Source: Deinococcales bacterium (lineage in GTDB: Bacteria; Deinococcota; Deinococci; Deinococcales; JAAFIG01). Taken from it: a stretch of 15,931 nucleotides of DNA. The position numbers and the translations under genes are program-made. The DNA is taken from assembly GCA_031418155.1 (NCBI GenBank), contig JANOWZ010000417.1, positions 1-15,931 of the forward strand. The letters are read 5' to 3'. Below, one piece after another: positions 14,431 through 15,931 of this stretch (position 1 is its first letter; each line of letters starts with the position of its first letter). A model generated the notes under the pieces. The model was given only the letters and a program-made list of their open reading frames with translations, did no database searches and was not told the DNA's origin.

Positions 14431-15732
14431 ATGGCTCACGCCTTTCCCCGACCGCAACGGCCAAATGCTGACACGAAACTTGCCGCAAGACCGTTGACAC
14501 TCGAGTTGTACGGCCCACCGGGAGGTCTGCCCGAAGTGGCACTCGAGGCTGAACGCATCGTGGCGAACCCTTGGAAACCGCACAAGTTTGCGGCGAACAT
14601 CATCGCGGGTCGAGGTTTCGTGCGGGTGCGCAACGCCTCGTGGGAACTCGCCTGCGAACTCGCGTCACGGTTGAGCACGGTTCACGATGTCCGCTTGATG
14701 CTGATCGACACCCGAGTGCAACACTGGCATGACCTCGAGCTTGCCTTGAAACGTTCCACTTGGGCGGACGTGCTGCCCGATGGGGTCAACCTGAAATTAC
14801 ACGCCAAAGCCGGGCCGGGAACTTGCCCGCACGCGGGGCACCTCGAGGAGATCGCGCAAAAGTTTTTTGAATCTCGAGGCTTCACGGTGATCGAGGATGA
14901 ACCGAGCATTCGCGTGGACCTCGAGACGTTTGCCGATCATTTTCGCGTTCGGGTCAGTTTGGGCAACGATGCGCTGCACAAACGCGGCTGGCGGGCCGTG
15001 ACGGGAACACTCGCCACCCTACGCGAAGACATCGCCTGTGCCGCCCTGATGCGACTCTCCGTGTTTGAACCTCGAGCGTTGCAGGCGAGTCAGATCAGCG
15101 TTCCGTTCGCGGGCAGTGGCACGCTCGGGATCGAAACTTGGCACGCTTTGAACGGACTGCCGCCCGCAGTTTGGGATGTGGAACGCCCGTGGCAATACTT
15201 GCTCGAGCCGAAAGAAACAACGATCTCATGGTGGCGCAAACGCACCTTGCGGGCCGCACTTGAGGCGAAACTACCAACAATCAAATTTGTTGAACGCGAT
15301 GCACGACAGGCCGAGGAACTGACGGCGAACATGGTTTTTGCGCAGGCGAAACTCGAGGAATTCGGCCTGGTCTTTGCCGATGTCGAACTGATCGAGGAAG
15401 ATGTCTTCAAACTGCCGAACGAGGAAATGGCCCCGGCGGGTCAAGTCACCTTGCTGCCGTTGCATCCACCGTATGGCCTGCGCCTCGGCAGCCAGGATGA
15501 GGCGGTCACGATTTACTCGAGGCTCGGGCGTTCCGTGCAGGCTTGGGGCGAAAACGCGACTCGAGCCAAAATCCAGGTGGACGGTGGTGCGCTGATTGGG
15601 TTCTGTTTGTGCGGCGATGAAGCCTCATGGCGGGCGTTCATGGGTGGACTCAAAACAGCCCGATCTGAAACGAGTCACATCACCCAAGGTGGTTTGGACG
15701 TGCGCGTGGTCTGTTTCGAGTTCTCAATGTAA
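14431..15732 (+). CDS. THUMP-domain class I SAM-dependent RNA methyltransferase (RlmL/Trm14-like, COG0116 family)
   Basis: The N-terminal ferredoxin-like/THUMP region is followed by SAM-binding motif I (VPFAGSGTLGIE) and motif IV LLPLHPPYGLRLG. The start is assigned to the ATG at 14431, after a GGGAGAGAGG ribosome-binding site. The ORF track begins at 14347 with no ribosome-binding site. Confidence 0.75.
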   Translation: MAHAFPRPQRPNADTKLAARPLTLELYGPPGGLPEVALEAERIVANPWKPHKFAANIIAGRGFVRVRNASWELACELASRLSTVHDVRLMLIDTRVQHWHDLELALKRSTWADVLPDGVNLKLHAKAGPGTCPHAGHLEEIAQKFFESRGFTVIEDEPSIRVDLETFADHFRVRVSLGNDALHKRGWRAVTGTLATLREDIACAALMRLSVFEPRALQASQISVPFAGSGTLGIETWHALNGLPPAVWDVERPWQYLLEPKETTISWWRKRTLRAALEAKLPTIKFVERDARQAEELTANMVFAQAKLEEFGLVFADVELIEEDVFKLPNEEMAPAGQVTLLPLHPPYGLRLGSQDEAVTIYSRLGRSVQAWGENATRAKIQVDGGALIGFCLCGDEASWRAFMGGLKTARSETSHITQGGLDVRVVCFEFSM

Positions 15733-15742
15733 AGCTCGAGAA

Positions 15743-15931
15743 TTACCGTGCGGCTCGAGGATCAAGCGCGTCACGCAACGCATCACCAATCAAATTGAAT
15801 GACAGCACCGAAATCAGAATCGCCATTGCAGGCGCACTCGAGGCCCAGGGTGCGTTTGAAATGTAATTGCGGGTCAGGCTGACGGTTGCGCCCCATTCGG
15901 GAATCGGTGGTTGCGCCCCGAAGCCGATGAA
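15743..15931 (-). CDS. Partial CDS (C-terminus only): ABC transporter permease of the OppC/DppC/NikC family
   Basis: The minus-strand translation is ...QPPIPEWGATVSLTRNYISNAPWASSAPAMAILISVLSFNLIGDALRDALDPRAAR*. This is the characteristic C-terminal signature of BPD-type oligopeptide permeases (FNLLGDGLRDALDPR). The stop TAA lies at 15745..15743. The gene is convergent with the THUMP gene across a 10 nt gap. It is absent from the ORF track because it has no in-window start. Confidence 0.8.
   Translation of the reverse strand, partial: FIGFGAQPPIPEWGATVSLTRNYISNAPWASSAPAMAILISVLSFNLIGDALRDALDPRAAR

Noticed and set aside
12763-14432. Minus-strand ORFs 12763..13086, 12870..13817 (315 aa), 13827..14432 and 13859..14287 antisense to the ABC transporter
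   Set aside because: The plus-strand ABC exporter has all canonical NBD motifs. The antisense ORFs are long only because of GC-rich codon structure.
1-15931. Looked for cyanobacterial HIP1 (GCGATCGC) as the basis of the palindrome bias
   Set aside because: I saw no noticeable enrichment of GCGATCGC. The iterated word here is CTCGAG, so this is not the classical HIP1 phenomenon.

Overview
The window is dominated by a minus-strand gas-vesicle (gvp) operon that runs from gvpA at about 8415 down past position 1. Gene order on the minus strand is: gvpA, a coiled-coil protein with a winged-helix-like C-terminus, gvpN (MoxR-type AAA+), a small unknown ORF, an Hsp20/GvpH-like protein, a CDC48/VAT-like double-ring AAA+ ATPase, a GvpF/L homologue carrying a C-terminal J-domain, a second GvpF/L, gvpG, a third GvpL/F, and a partial ORF at the window start. 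Several gene junctions are ATGA start/stop overlaps. The embedded chaperone-like set (Hsp20, CDC48-like unfoldase, J-domain fusion) inside a gvp operon is the most system-like feature. Divergent from gvpA across a roughly 425 bp regulatory region is a gene for an acidic tandem-repeat protein whose C-terminus aligns to the 2-oxoacid-dehydrogenase E2 acyltransferase catalytic domain but has lost the catalytic DHR motif. It is followed by an HD-GYP protein translationally coupled to a Dam-like (D12-class) methyltransferase homologue with a degenerate DPPY motif, an MsbA-type ABC exporter, a THUMP-domain methyltransferase, and the C-terminus of an OppC/DppC-type permease on the opposite strand. 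The whole window is saturated with the palindromic hexamer CTCGAG. I counted about 105 copies by hand against roughly 5 expected from base composition, in coding regions (several frames) and in intergenic DNA. Intergenic regions contain repeated purine-rich elements, shared hairpins and palindromes. Coordinates of small motifs are hand-counted and may be off by 1 to 2 nt.
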